Of a stretch of DNA of 64,000 nt, positions 19,345-29,496 are shown one piece after another; position 1 is the stretch's first letter, and the number at the start of each line of letters is the position of its first letter. Below the pieces are notes generated by a model that ran no database searches, was not told the DNA's origin, and saw nothing but the letters and a program-made list of their open reading frames with translations. Origin of the DNA: Candidatus Acetothermia bacterium (GTDB lineage: Bacteria > Bipolaricaulota > Bipolaricaulia > RBG-16-55-9 > DRXL01); NCBI GenBank assembly GCA_016179105.1, contig JACOSB010000035.1, positions 9,479 through 73,478 on the forward strand. Direction: 5' to 3'. The translations under genes were made by a program, and so were the position numbers.

Positions 19345-20241
19345 CTATTGCTTCGCCACTGCTTCATAGATCGCGGTCCCCGTCTCGGGGATGCCAGTGA
19401 TGGATTTGAAGAGGTCGCGCAGTCGATCCGTGATCGGGCCGGGTTTGCCGGTGCCGATCCTGCGCCCGCTGATCTCGGCTACAGGCGCAATCTCAGCCGC
19501 CGTGCCCGTGATGAAGCACTCATCGGCCACGAAAAGATTCGCGACTCCAAAATACTCTTCCGAGACGTCGAGTCCGTCCTTGCGCGCCAGTTCAATGACC
19601 GTGTCGCGCGTGATTCCCGGAAGCGCTGTCACCGTCGGCGGCGTCAGCAATCTTCCATCCTTCACGATGAAGATATTATCGGCACTGCCTTCAGCCACAA
19701 AGCCGTTCTGATCGAGCATAATGGCTTCATCCGCGCCGACCATGTTCGCTTCGATCTTGGCCATGATGTTCGCCAAGTAGTTGAGCGATTTCACATTGGG
19801 TGGGCAACTGTCCATCGCTTTGTTGCGCGTGCTCGCGACGATCGCTTTCAAGCCACGCGCCAGCACTTCTTCGGGGAAGAGCGAGCGCCACGGCTTGGTG
19901 ATGACAAAAACCGTCGGTTTGCCCTTGCATTTGCGCGGGTCGATACCCAAATCGCCTGCACCACGGGTGACGACGGGACGGATATAAGAGCTTTCTAGCT
20001 CGTTCACGCGCAGCGTCTCCAAGATCGCGTCGCTCATTTCTCTCTTCGTGAGCGGGATGTCGATCATGATCGCGTGCGCACTTGCGTAGAGCCGGTCGAT
20101 ATGTTGGTCGAGTTTGAAGACGTAGCCGTCGTAGGCGCGGATGCCCTCGAAGACACCATCTCCGTAGAGCAATCCATGATCGAAGACGCTGACCTTGGCC
20201 TCTTCTTCAGGTACGAATCGGCCATCCAAATAGATTTTCAT
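19345..20241 (-). CDS. ilvE: Branched-chain amino acid aminotransferase
   Basis: VSVFDHGLLYGDGVFEGIRAY, KSLNYL (PLP Lys), AEGSADNIF, LPGITR, TGTAAEI. Confidence 0.96.
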   Translation of the reverse strand: MKIYLDGRFVPEEEAKVSVFDHGLLYGDGVFEGIRAYDGYVFKLDQHIDRLYASAHAIMIDIPLTKREMSDAILETLRVNELESSYIRPVVTRGAGDLGIDPRKCKGKPTVFVITKPWRSLFPEEVLARGLKAIVASTRNKAMDSCPPNVKSLNYLANIMAKIEANMVGADEAIMLDQNGFVAEGSADNIFIVKDGRLLTPPTVTALPGITRDTVIELARKDGLDVSEEYFGVANLFVADECFITGTAAEIAPVAEISGRRIGTGKPGPITDRLRDLFKSITGIPETGTAIYEAVAKQ

Positions 20242-20310
20242 AGCTACTGCCTCCTCTCGAACTCATCTAGCCACCGAGATAACTTAGCGAAACACTTCGC
20301 AAAAATCAAC

Positions 20311-20339
20311 TTGGCAATGGAACGCGCACCCGCTATGAT
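20311..20339 (+). promoter_or_regulatory. Sigma70-type promoter
   Basis: TTGGCA-N17-TATGAT upstream of the AsnC-domain gene. Confidence 0.6.
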
Positions 20340-20366
20340 AGTGCCAGAGGAAAGGAGTTTTTCGCG

Positions 20367-20624
20367 ATGGCTGTCAGTGCTTATGTCTTGATTCGCTGCG
20401 AAGGGAGCAAAGCCGAAGACGTGATGCGTGAGCTGCGCAAAAAAGAGCACGTCGTGCGCGCCGACACGGTCTTTGGCGATTACGATGTTGTCGCCGTGCT
20501 AGAAGTTTCCGAGCTACCGTCGACATTTTCGATACGCACTCTGGAAAAGATCGTGCTCGACGAAATTCAAAAAGTGCGCGGGGTTGCTCACACGAACACG
20601 CATATCGTGACCTCCCCGGATTAA
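20367..20624 (+). CDS. Stand-alone Lrp/AsnC ligand-binding (RAM) domain protein
   Basis: AYVLI...V...L......V..A..VFGDYDVVA...I....GV..TNTHIV. No HTH. AGGAG SD present. Confidence 0.85.
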   Translation: MAVSAYVLIRCEGSKAEDVMRELRKKEHVVRADTVFGDYDVVAVLEVSELPSTFSIRTLEKIVLDEIQKVRGVAHTNTHIVTSPD

Positions 20625-20643
20625 CGAATATCCCCAGAACGCC

Positions 20644-22251
20644 ATGAAGCTCGCCAAATTTCTTCTCGTCGGATTCTTGATGCTCGCACTTACTCTTGCG
20701 TTTGCCAACTCATCCTATATTTCTGTGTCGGCTCAAAACGCTTCGCTCGACGATCCAACGGTGCAGCGCATCGCCCAAGCCATTCAAGACGTCGTTCAAA
20801 GCAAAGTGAAGCTGCTGCCCGTCGACAACTCGATTGGCTTTGCGAAGGGCGCTACCTGGGGCATAACGGCTCTACGCGATCCTACGCTCGCTCTCGGACT
20901 GAACGACGTTGCCGTGCTGGCTCTGGTGGACGTGAAACAGAATGTTTACGTTAACAATAGTCTGATCGCGCCGGGTAGTTATTATCTCGTCAAATTTTTT
21001 GTCGGTCCCAATCGCACCGAAGCTCAGCTAGAAAAAGACCCCAACAGCGTACGCGTGATCTTTATCTCGATTCCTCCCGCAGGAGCGAATGTAGATTTGG
21101 CCCAACAAGTGCGTGGTAGCTCTACGCGTACAGCAGCAGCGACAGTCGCACGCAAACTGACCCAAGTCACCAGCTTCAATCTGATTCGATCTGAAGGTAT
21201 TCTGGCCAAGGCTCCCGCATCGGGAGAGTTCACCTTGGGAATGACGTTCGGATCGCTGGCCGCGTGCTGGGCCATCAGTCCGCGAACACTGCCCTCGATA
21301 CGTACGGTTGCGACAAACCAAGCCCCGACGCTCACGATGAGGCCTACAACACCCCAAAGCTTTGCCGCCATCGACGATGATATTACCGTCGATGCGTCTG
21401 CCTCGCGAGACCCGGACGGTCAGATTCACGCAACGGCTTGGGATTTTGGCGATGATACCAGCCCCATTACGGGACACTTTTTGACGTCTCCAGTCTCGCT
21501 CAAAACCACGCATCGTTACGAACACGTGGGCAAGTACAGCCTGCAATTCAGAGCGATCGACGACCAGTGCGGTTACTCGCAACTATCTCAATCCATCGAG
21601 ATTCGTCCTTGGCTGGCAGTGGCGATAACGCTCAACCCTGATTTTTTCCAAGTCCCAGCCAAAGGCCCGATTGGGTTGCGCACCGACATCTTTAATAACA
21701 GCCTGTCACACAGGTTCGAAGGCCAGACCATCATCGACGTCGACGAAAGCCCGCTCTTCGGACCGGCTCCCGTACAAATTGACCCGCAGCAAGGGCTCGC
21801 AGGGGTCCCGGCCAGTTTTGAGTTTCCGCAACCGCTCGGGCTCGGTCGCCATCGTCTGTCCGTCATCTTGCGCGATAACAAGGGCATCGAGCGCGGTCGC
21901 GACGACGCTTCGTTTGAAGTGCCCGTCGTGGCTGTTGCGCTTGACGCTGTCGGCGAGACTACAGTGAAACCGACAGCACAGATTCATTTCGATACGATTC
22001 TGCAAAATAATACTCGCGATGATTTCAAGGGTACGATCGAACTCTTTTTGACCAAGCCCGACAGAACAAAAAAATCTCTTGCACCCAAACAGCCGGTCAG
22101 TCTTGCGGGCGGGCAGCAATTGACGTTACCCGCCATGTTCTCGGCGGCGGGGCTCCCTTTAGGTAATCTGATCTTCACGGTAGAGCTGCGATCGAACGCG
22201 ACGGGTGCAAAGATAGACCAAGCGTCGATTTATTATACAATCAAAAAGTAG
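20644..22251 (+). CDS. Secreted PKD/Ig-like domain protein
   Basis: N-terminal signal peptide, central PKD (DASASRDPDG...WDFGD...Y..VGKY), beta-rich C-terminal domains. Confidence 0.72.
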   Translation: MKLAKFLLVGFLMLALTLAFANSSYISVSAQNASLDDPTVQRIAQAIQDVVQSKVKLLPVDNSIGFAKGATWGITALRDPTLALGLNDVAVLALVDVKQNVYVNNSLIAPGSYYLVKFFVGPNRTEAQLEKDPNSVRVIFISIPPAGANVDLAQQVRGSSTRTAAATVARKLTQVTSFNLIRSEGILAKAPASGEFTLGMTFGSLAACWAISPRTLPSIRTVATNQAPTLTMRPTTPQSFAAIDDDITVDASASRDPDGQIHATAWDFGDDTSPITGHFLTSPVSLKTTHRYEHVGKYSLQFRAIDDQCGYSQLSQSIEIRPWLAVAITLNPDFFQVPAKGPIGLRTDIFNNSLSHRFEGQTIIDVDESPLFGPAPVQIDPQQGLAGVPASFEFPQPLGLGRHRLSVILRDNKGIERGRDDASFEVPVVAVALDAVGETTVKPTAQIHFDTILQNNTRDDFKGTIELFLTKPDRTKKSLAPKQPVSLAGGQQLTLPAMFSAAGLPLGNLIFTVELRSNATGAKIDQASIYYTIKK

Positions 22252-22452
22252 AAGACCTGTCTTCAAGATCTACTCTGGTGATTAGCCAGGAGAATATCAA
22301 CACGTCAGTTTGTTCCACAAAGTAAATTAGCTTTGAGCTTTTTTGTTACGCCAAACCTGTTGCTTCTTTTTGCGCTTCCTAGTATAACTCAGCACAGCGG
22401 AGGAGAGCAAAAAACTTCCAGTCACCAACTCTATATGCTTTAAGGGGGCACA

Positions 22453-23628
22453 ATGTCTAGGTTCTTTCGTGTCTTGGCCATCTTGGCGTGTGTGAGCTTT
22501 ATACTCCCAGCAGCTTCCGAGTTCTCTAATATCAGTAAATCCGGAGCCGTCATAATTCCCGGCGCGTCGATTCAAGCGTTGAAAACCTGTGGCACCAAAG
22601 TCTTTGTGATTGCGGAGTTGCGCAACAATCGCGTTTTCCTGCATCAAATTGACGCCGCCACTCGCAAAATCGAAGGAACGCAGGTTCCCAATGCGACAGC
22701 CCCAGCGTTGTTAGAATTGCCCTTCTTGAGCGACCCCAAGAGCTTGGAGCTGAGCCCAGATTGCTCGACTGCTTATGTCCCAGGGTTCAGCGACGGAAAC
22801 CTCTACATCATCAATCTCCTCAATAAGCAAATCGTCCAGAAAATCGCAGTGGGAAAAGGATCACAAGACTTAGCTCTGTCAAGCACGGGCAAAGTCTTCG
22901 TCGTCAACTCACTGGACAATGAAGTGGCGATCGTGGACCTCAGCACCAGCTCTGTCAAATCTAAAATACCCGTGGGGAACGTTCCTACCTCCATTGCCCT
23001 CTACGAGTCGGGAGCTTACTTCCGCGGTTTTGTGACGAATTTCCAAGACGACTCCATCAGCGTGCTCGATACTTTTAACGATCGGGAAATCAGACGTATC
23101 CCTTCGGCTGGCAGTCGTCCCTTCGCGATTGCGACTGCTGTTCACACGATGCTGGGCGACTTGTATGCGTATTACGTGACCTCGGTCGATGACTCATTGA
23201 ATCGGATCAATATTACGACGCTCGAGATAGATACTCCGGTTTCAGTCGGGAATACCCCTCGCGCGGTCCTGCTGAGTAATTATGCCTACACAGACCCGAA
23301 TGGGAATATCGTCCAGCTGATTTACACGGCCAACTCTGGCGTGAGCGATGGCCGTAGCGGCATCTCTCTATCGTTGCCAGCCTACATCGCTTCCTCGGCA
23401 GAACGAGCAGAATTCCATAAGACGCTAAGCTGGGGGACGAGTGAACTTTTGGACAAAGCGACCGTTGTTTGTCTTAACAGCGACAAAGGCACCGATCTTT
23501 TCCCCAACCCTGTAACTTGCGGGCAGGCAAATGAGCTGTGGGCCGCGAACCTGGCCAACCGTGGAGAAATTGCTATCTATGACATAAAATCCATGGCGCG
23601 CGAACTCGGCGTTCGCCCCTTAGAATGA
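22453..23628 (+). CDS. Secreted YVTN/YncE-type beta-propeller protein
   Basis: Signal peptide. Repeats I.VGKGS..LAL, IPVGNVPTSIA, VSVGNTPRAV with VVNS.DN.V.IVD. Confidence 0.8.
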   Translation: MSRFFRVLAILACVSFILPAASEFSNISKSGAVIIPGASIQALKTCGTKVFVIAELRNNRVFLHQIDAATRKIEGTQVPNATAPALLELPFLSDPKSLELSPDCSTAYVPGFSDGNLYIINLLNKQIVQKIAVGKGSQDLALSSTGKVFVVNSLDNEVAIVDLSTSSVKSKIPVGNVPTSIALYESGAYFRGFVTNFQDDSISVLDTFNDREIRRIPSAGSRPFAIATAVHTMLGDLYAYYVTSVDDSLNRINITTLEIDTPVSVGNTPRAVLLSNYAYTDPNGNIVQLIYTANSGVSDGRSGISLSLPAYIASSAERAEFHKTLSWGTSELLDKATVVCLNSDKGTDLFPNPVTCGQANELWAANLANRGEIAIYDIKSMARELGVRPLE

Positions 23629-23772
23629 ATCCAATATAGCAGGAACGAGAATCGCCCCGATAGTCTCCACTAGCTATTCCAGCGAAATTCTTTTACCGGG
23701 ACCGGATGCTTCAGCCCGTAGAGGCAGCCGAGTAGTTGGTAGTAATTTGTAAAACTTGCTAAGCTCGCTCAC

Positions 23773-24627
23773 ATGGAAGCTAAAAAGATTATGCAAGTGA
23801 GCGAGCACATCTGGATTGTCCCTCCACAGTGGAAATATGTCGAGCCCACGATCGGGTTTATTATCTCAAACGAAGGCGTTGTGGTCATCGACACGGGAAA
23901 CTCTCCAGAGCATGGTCGCCGCGCACTCGCGGCACTCCGCACCGTCACCGACCAGCCGATCAAATATGTGATTAACACGCATCGGCACTGGGATCACACC
24001 TTCGGAAATCAGATTTTCGCAGCACCGATTATCGCCCATACTTACTGCAAAGACAAGATGATCTCGAACATGAAGGACGATTGGGCCGACGATCAAGTCT
24101 ACACCTGGGTCACCGGGTTTGTCTTGCAGCATGTGAAGACCCTCGGTGTGGAACGATTTGAGGGCGTTCGTGTCGTGCTCCCGCAAATTTCGTTCTCTGG
24201 AACGATGCGACTTGACATCGGTAAAATACCGCTTGATCTCTACTACGCGGGCAGTGGCCACACGCGAGACTCGATCGTCGTCCACCTGCCGAGCGAGAGT
24301 GCACTCTTCTTGAGCGATTGCGTCTACCCCAACCCAGAGGGCAAGATTCATAAATTGGCGATGCTCTTCCCTAAGCTCAGCCAACTCTCGGCTGATACAT
24401 ACATTCCTGGTCACGAGCTGCCCTACGGAAAAGAAAAATGGGCGCTTCGCGCGGATTATTATCGCGAACTCATCGAGAGCGTGAAGCGGCTGCGGCGACA
24501 GCACGCCGCGCGCGAGAAAATTTTGGAATACCCATTGGATCGTCGATTCAAGAGCGTCAGCGGCTTGAATGAAAAATCTCATCGCGAGATGATCAGCCGC
24601 GTCCTCGGAGAAATTCGTAAAAAGTAG
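23773..24627 (+). CDS. MBL-fold metallo-hydrolase (cyclase-like)
   Basis: VVIDTG, INTHRHWDHTFGN (HxHxDH), GHT, IPGH. Confidence 0.9.
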   Translation: MEAKKIMQVSEHIWIVPPQWKYVEPTIGFIISNEGVVVIDTGNSPEHGRRALAALRTVTDQPIKYVINTHRHWDHTFGNQIFAAPIIAHTYCKDKMISNMKDDWADDQVYTWVTGFVLQHVKTLGVERFEGVRVVLPQISFSGTMRLDIGKIPLDLYYAGSGHTRDSIVVHLPSESALFLSDCVYPNPEGKIHKLAMLFPKLSQLSADTYIPGHELPYGKEKWALRADYYRELIESVKRLRRQHAAREKILEYPLDRRFKSVSGLNEKSHREMISRVLGEIRKK

Positions 24628-24672
24628 GAAGAAGACAGCACTTCGTATCGTAACGCCAACGGCGTAACTATT

Positions 24673-25557
24673 TTACTTTCCTTCCTTGCTCTCGGCTTTG
24701 GGAGCCAAACTCTCGAAGAATTTAAAGTAATCAGATTCGGTCGAGAGTATGATCGTGTCCCCTTCTTTGAAAGATACTTTGTAAGACTGGAGCGTGCGCC
24801 AGAATCTGTAAAACTCGGGGTCACGGTTGTAAGCGTTCGCGTACACTTCAAGGGCTTGAGCATCGCCCTCACCCTTAAGTTGTTCGGCCTTTTGGCGCGC
24901 GTCCGCTAGAAGGATGTCGCGTTCCTTGTCTGCCTGAGAACGAATGTTCCGGGCTTGTTGATCGCCCTCTGCACGAAAGAGAGCAGCCTCGCGTTGACGC
25001 TCAGTTTGCATTCTCGAAAAGACTGCATCTTCGTTCTCTTGAGGCAGGTCCGCGCGGCGAATCCGTACATCGATGATCTTCATGCCAAATCCCTTGACTT
25101 GCTCTTGAGTCAAGCGCGCCACGTCTTTAAGGAAGGCCTGCCGTTTGCCGGAGACAATGTCTTCTAGCTTTTGTTTGGCCAAGACATCGCGCAAGTTAGC
25201 GTAGACCAAGTCATCGAGCCGGCTTTGCGCGCTCGGAATGTTCCCTCCCAACGTCACTGCGAAGAGCTTCGGGTCGTCAATACGCCACAGCGCATAGTTA
25301 TCGATCACCAAGCGCTTCTGGTCACCCGTGATCAGCGGACGAGGCTGGATGTCATAAATCAAGATTCGCTTATCCAAATAAACAATGTTTTGGGTGAAAG
25401 GAGTCCGCGCGTACAATCCGGGCTCTTGGATCTCCCGGACGATATTCCCGAACTCCTGGACTAAAGCCATCTGGGTCTGATCTACCGTGAAGAAGACGGA
25501 ATTATAGGCCACCAATGCCAAGACGCCGAGGACTACCAAAACGATCAAAACTCTCAT
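24673..25557 (-). CDS. hflC: FtsH protease modulator HflC
   Basis: N-terminal TM, SPFH domain, ITGDQKRLVID, DVRIRRADLP, RMQTER, DPEFYRFWRTLQSY. Confidence 0.94.
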   Translation of the reverse strand: MRVLIVLVVLGVLALVAYNSVFFTVDQTQMALVQEFGNIVREIQEPGLYARTPFTQNIVYLDKRILIYDIQPRPLITGDQKRLVIDNYALWRIDDPKLFAVTLGGNIPSAQSRLDDLVYANLRDVLAKQKLEDIVSGKRQAFLKDVARLTQEQVKGFGMKIIDVRIRRADLPQENEDAVFSRMQTERQREAALFRAEGDQQARNIRSQADKERDILLADARQKAEQLKGEGDAQALEVYANAYNRDPEFYRFWRTLQSYKVSFKEGDTIILSTESDYFKFFESLAPKAESKEGK

Positions 25558-26600
25558 TTCTTCTCCCTTGCGGCTCGCAGCAGGCTTTCGAGGTCCAGAT
25601 ACTGCACGGTGCTGCCGCTCGTGCCCTTGGTCAATATCAGTTTGTTCAGCTTGGGCAAAATCTCTTCCATGGTTTCTAAGTAAAGACGCACTCGGGTGAC
25701 ATCTTGGCCCAGCTTATACCGATCTAAGATGTCCACAAAGCGGGCCACATCGCCTTGTGCGATCTTCTGGCGCGTCTGTTTATACGCTTCGGCTTGATTG
25801 AGGAGCTCTTGGGCGACACCCTGGGCTTTGGGAATGACATCGTTTCGATAGCGCTCCGCCTCGTTGATGAGACGCTCTTTATCTTGACGAGCGCTGTTCA
25901 CATCATCAAAAGCACCTTTTACTTGAGTGGGCGGGCGAACGTCTTGCAGCGCGATCTTGCTCACTTTGACGCCGATCTCGTAAGCATTCAACAATTCTTG
26001 CAAGGCCTGCTGCACTTCCAAGGCGAGCGTGTCGCGTTCGGTGGTCAAGACCTCATCAATCTTTCGCTCAGCCACTTTCTCGCGCAAAAGCGATTCGGTG
26101 GCCTGTCGAATCACGGTCTCCGCATCGCCGGCGAGGTTCAAATTAAACGCGAACTTGACAGGATCGCTGATCTCGTATTGGACGACGACTTCGGTGTGCA
26201 CGATGTTGTTGTCCCCGGTCAGCATCAATGCTTCTTCATCGACATCTTTGTATTGGGGATTGGGTGGCGGGGTGATGGTGCGAAACCCGAGCTCTTCTTT
26301 GCGCACTTGTGATTGATTGATGATAACGACGCTCTCCAAGGGCCACGGCAAGTGATAATTCAGCCCAGGTCCCTTCGGAGGGCCGACATAGCGTCCGAAT
26401 TGTTTGACCAGCCCGACCTCCTGAGGGCTTATCTGATAAACTCCGCTGCTCCCGTACCAGATCAAAAGTCCCAGGACGACCAACCAACCGATGACGACTA
26501 CTCCGCCTGAAAATCGTGGCAATCGCGGTAACCTCTCCCACCAGAACGACGGCCCTGGCTCCGGCTCCCGTTCGAATCGTCCGCGCATTGGATCATGCAT
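25554..26600 (-). CDS. hflK: FtsH protease modulator HflK
   Basis: PGLNYHLPWPLE, LMLTGDNNIV, QDVRPP.QV..AFDDV, RLYLETME. 4-nt overlap with hflC. Confidence 0.94.
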   Translation of the reverse strand: MHDPMRGRFEREPEPGPSFWWERLPRLPRFSGGVVVIGWLVVLGLLIWYGSSGVYQISPQEVGLVKQFGRYVGPPKGPGLNYHLPWPLESVVIINQSQVRKEELGFRTITPPPNPQYKDVDEEALMLTGDNNIVHTEVVVQYEISDPVKFAFNLNLAGDAETVIRQATESLLREKVAERKIDEVLTTERDTLALEVQQALQELLNAYEIGVKVSKIALQDVRPPTQVKGAFDDVNSARQDKERLINEAERYRNDVIPKAQGVAQELLNQAEAYKQTRQKIAQGDVARFVDILDRYKLGQDVTRVRLYLETMEEILPKLNKLILTKGTSGSTVQYLDLESLLRAAREKK

Positions 26601-26690
26601 CTACTTCACCCTCCCTAGAATTGTGCCGTTATGTGATCTCGATTGTAACCGCAGCTTAAGGCTCCAGCCAAATGAGTAGCGCTATCTTTA

Positions 26691-26719
26691 TTGCGTTACG
26701 CTCCTTGGCTTTTTATAAT
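26691..26719 (+). promoter_or_regulatory. Sigma70-type promoter for the oligoendopeptidase
   Basis: TTGCGT-N17-TATAAT. Confidence 0.6.
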
Positions 26720-26780
26720 CCTAGCGTGTGAGTGAGAATTTTTCGCATTACCCATCATCCAAGAAATGCTAGGTGAATCC

Positions 26781-28595
26781 ATGACGAACGAAAAATATGT
26801 CAACAGTGCGACGGGTATTGTCTGGGATTTGACGGACCTTTATGAATCACTTGCGGACCCAGCGATCGATCGCGATCTCCAGAGGGCCCTTGAGCGTGCG
26901 GTCGCTTTCGAGAAAGCCTACAGGGGCAAGATCAAATCGAGAAAAACCATCCAGCCGCAAAAGCTCCTGAAAGCGCTCGAAAAACTTGAAGAAATTCATG
27001 TGCAGATGAGTCGTCCCGTGCACTATGCAAGCCTCTTGCACGCGGGACAAAGTCAAGATCCGAAGCACGGTGCGTTGCTGCAATCTACGCTAGAACGAAC
27101 GACTGAGATCAAGCAGCATTTGCTCTTTTTTGACCTAGAGTGGATGTCCGTCTCTAGCGCAACGGCGCTGCGCTTGGTAGACACACCCAAGCTGAAAAAA
27201 TATCGACATTATCTCGAAGTCGTGCGGAAGTTTAAGCCCTATCGGCTGTCGGAGCCCGAAGAGAAAATTTTGCAAGAGAAGGCGAACACAGGGTCGCGCG
27301 CCTTCGTGCGTCTCTTCGACGAGGTGACTTCTTCACTTTTGTTCGATGTGCGTTTGAATGGGCACACGGAGAAACTTAATTTAGAAGCGACACTGTCTCA
27401 TCTCTACCAACCCGACCGAACCGCGCGTCGCGCGGCGGCCGATGGGCTCACGGAAGGGCTGAAATCCCAGTCGCGCGTGCTCACGTATATTTTCAACACG
27501 CTGGTCCAAGAGCATAAAACCAATGATCGGTTACGATCGTTTGCAACGCCCATGGCGTCACGCAATCTTGCCAACGAGATCAACCAAAGGACCGTCGATG
27601 CGCTCATCAACGCCTGCAATTCATATTTCCCCCTCGTCCAAGAATATTATGCCCTCAAAGCAAAATTGTTAGGACTGGATAGGCTCTACGACTACGATCG
27701 TTACGCGCCAGTCTTTCCCGAAGTCATGCCTCGATGCGATTGGAAGCGCTGCCAAGAGATTGTCTTAAACGCTTATGGAGCGTTCTCTCCCAAGGTGCGC
27801 GAAGTCGCCGAAAAATGCTTTAGCCACGCTTGGATCGACGCAGAAATCCGAGCGGGCAAGCAGGGTGGAGCCTTCTGCGCGTCCACCGTTCCCGACGTTC
27901 ATCCGTATATCTTGACCAACTTTAACGATCGCTTGAGAGATGTCACGGTCGTCGCGCACGAGCTGGGCCACGCGCTGCACGCCTATCTCTCGCGAAAACT
28001 TGGGTACTTGCAGTGGGATACGCCGCTCACGCTCTCCGAGACTGCGAGCGTCTTCGGGGAAATGCTGGTCTTCAAAGAGCTCGTCGAGCAAGAACGGGAC
28101 CCCAAAGTCAAGCTCAGCCTGCTCTGTAGCAAGATCGAAGACTCGTTTGCGACCGTCTTCAGACAAATTGTGTTGACCAACTTTGAGCAAAAGCTCCACG
28201 CCGCTCGTCGCAGCGAGGGCGAGCTCACGGCGGAGCGCATCGGCCAGCTCTGGACGGAAGCGAATCAACCGATGCACGGCTCTGCGGTAGAGCTCACGGA
28301 CAATTACTCCTGGTGGTGGCTCTACATTTCGCATTTCATCCACGCGCCCTTTTACTGTTACGCCTACGCCTTCGGAGAGCTCTTGGTCCTCTCGCTCTAT
28401 CAACAGTACCGGGAGGAGGGCGAGAAATTTGTACCTAAATATCTCAAGCTGCTCGCGTCGGGCGGCTCCGATTCGCCTAAGAACCTACTCGCGCCCTTGG
28501 GGATCGACACGAGCGAACCCGATTTCTGGGTAGGTGGGCTAGAGCTGATCAAGAGTTTCGTGGTCGAAGCGAAACGCTTGGCGCAGAGTCTCTAA
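26781..28595 (+). CDS. M3 family oligoendopeptidase F
   Basis: WDLTDLY start, GKQGGAFC, HPYIL.N, VAHELGH (HExxH), ETASVFGE, HFIHAPFYCYAY. Start is 26766 or 26781. Confidence 0.93.
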   Translation: MTNEKYVNSATGIVWDLTDLYESLADPAIDRDLQRALERAVAFEKAYRGKIKSRKTIQPQKLLKALEKLEEIHVQMSRPVHYASLLHAGQSQDPKHGALLQSTLERTTEIKQHLLFFDLEWMSVSSATALRLVDTPKLKKYRHYLEVVRKFKPYRLSEPEEKILQEKANTGSRAFVRLFDEVTSSLLFDVRLNGHTEKLNLEATLSHLYQPDRTARRAAADGLTEGLKSQSRVLTYIFNTLVQEHKTNDRLRSFATPMASRNLANEINQRTVDALINACNSYFPLVQEYYALKAKLLGLDRLYDYDRYAPVFPEVMPRCDWKRCQEIVLNAYGAFSPKVREVAEKCFSHAWIDAEIRAGKQGGAFCASTVPDVHPYILTNFNDRLRDVTVVAHELGHALHAYLSRKLGYLQWDTPLTLSETASVFGEMLVFKELVEQERDPKVKLSLLCSKIEDSFATVFRQIVLTNFEQKLHAARRSEGELTAERIGQLWTEANQPMHGSAVELTDNYSWWWLYISHFIHAPFYCYAYAFGELLVLSLYQQYREEGEKFVPKYLKLLASGGSDSPKNLLAPLGIDTSEPDFWVGGLELIKSFVVEAKRLAQSL

Positions 28596-28602
28596 ATTTT
28601 CC

Positions 28603-29496
28603 GTGTCCCCTGAACGTTCTGGCTCGCACGCGCGGGTTTATCTCGCGATGTTCGCGACCATTCTGATTTGGTCGCTCAATTATATTTTTGCGAAAGCGGC
28701 GCTTGGCTATCTCGATGCATTGGCATTCAATGCGCTGCGTTATCCGATCGCCGCGATGATCGTACTGATATGGTGGCGCTGGAAAGCAACGCCTCAACCT
28801 CTGGACAAGCGTCACTTGATCGTTATGCTACTGGTCGGGCTATGGGGCTACGGCGTCTACCAAATTCTCTTCATCCAAGGGCTTCACTATACGACGGCGG
28901 GCAACTCGGCGCTCTTTGGCTCCACGGCTCCGCTCTGGACGGCTGTCATCGGGCTTGTCTTGGGGCGAGAGCGCTTAGGAAAGCTTAGCTGGGCCGGCAT
29001 TGCTCTCGCGTTCGTGGGAGTCAGTTTTGTGATCATCGGCGGTCAAGCGCACGTCTCGATCAACCCTGGACAGACGTTGGGCGATTTGCTGTCGTTGTCC
29101 GCGGCGCTCGTCTGGGCAAGCTTTACGGTTCTTTCGAAGGCTCCTCTGGCACGGCACTCTTATTCTCAGTTCGTCGCGTTTGGAGTGACCGCCGGAGCCG
29201 TCCTATTACTGATTTCTGGCGGTCCTTCGTTGTTCACCGTCCGCTGGGATTTGATTCCTTGGTGGGTTTATTTGGTGATTATTTTTTCTGGCGCTTTGTC
29301 GAACGCTCTCGCCTATTTGGTATGGGCCAATGCCGTGGCGAAAGTCGGCTCGGCGCGCACCGCGATCTTTCTCAATTTGACACCGGTGATCACGCTTAGC
29401 CTTGGAGTTCTCGCGCTTCATGAACCCATCGCGTGGGTGCAAATCGTGGGCGCTGCGGGAGTCTTGCTCGGCGTCTGGCTCACGGCTCGATCTTAG
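28603..29496 (+). CDS. EamA/DMT family transporter
   Basis: About 10 TM helices in two EamA repeats; IWSLNY, GL.YTTAG, G..RTAIF.NL.PV. Confidence 0.9.
   Translation: MSPERSGSHARVYLAMFATILIWSLNYIFAKAALGYLDALAFNALRYPIAAMIVLIWWRWKATPQPLDKRHLIVMLLVGLWGYGVYQILFIQGLHYTTAGNSALFGSTAPLWTAVIGLVLGRERLGKLSWAGIALAFVGVSFVIIGGQAHVSINPGQTLGDLLSLSAALVWASFTVLSKAPLARHSYSQFVAFGVTAGAVLLLISGGPSLFTVRWDLIPWWVYLVIIFSGALSNALAYLVWANAVAKVGSARTAIFLNLTPVITLSLGVLALHEPIAWVQIVGAAGVLLGVWLTARS

Noticed and set aside
23629-23772. Intergenic region upstream of the MBL hydrolase considered as a riboswitch
   Set aside because: No recognisable aptamer consensus or convincing expression platform.
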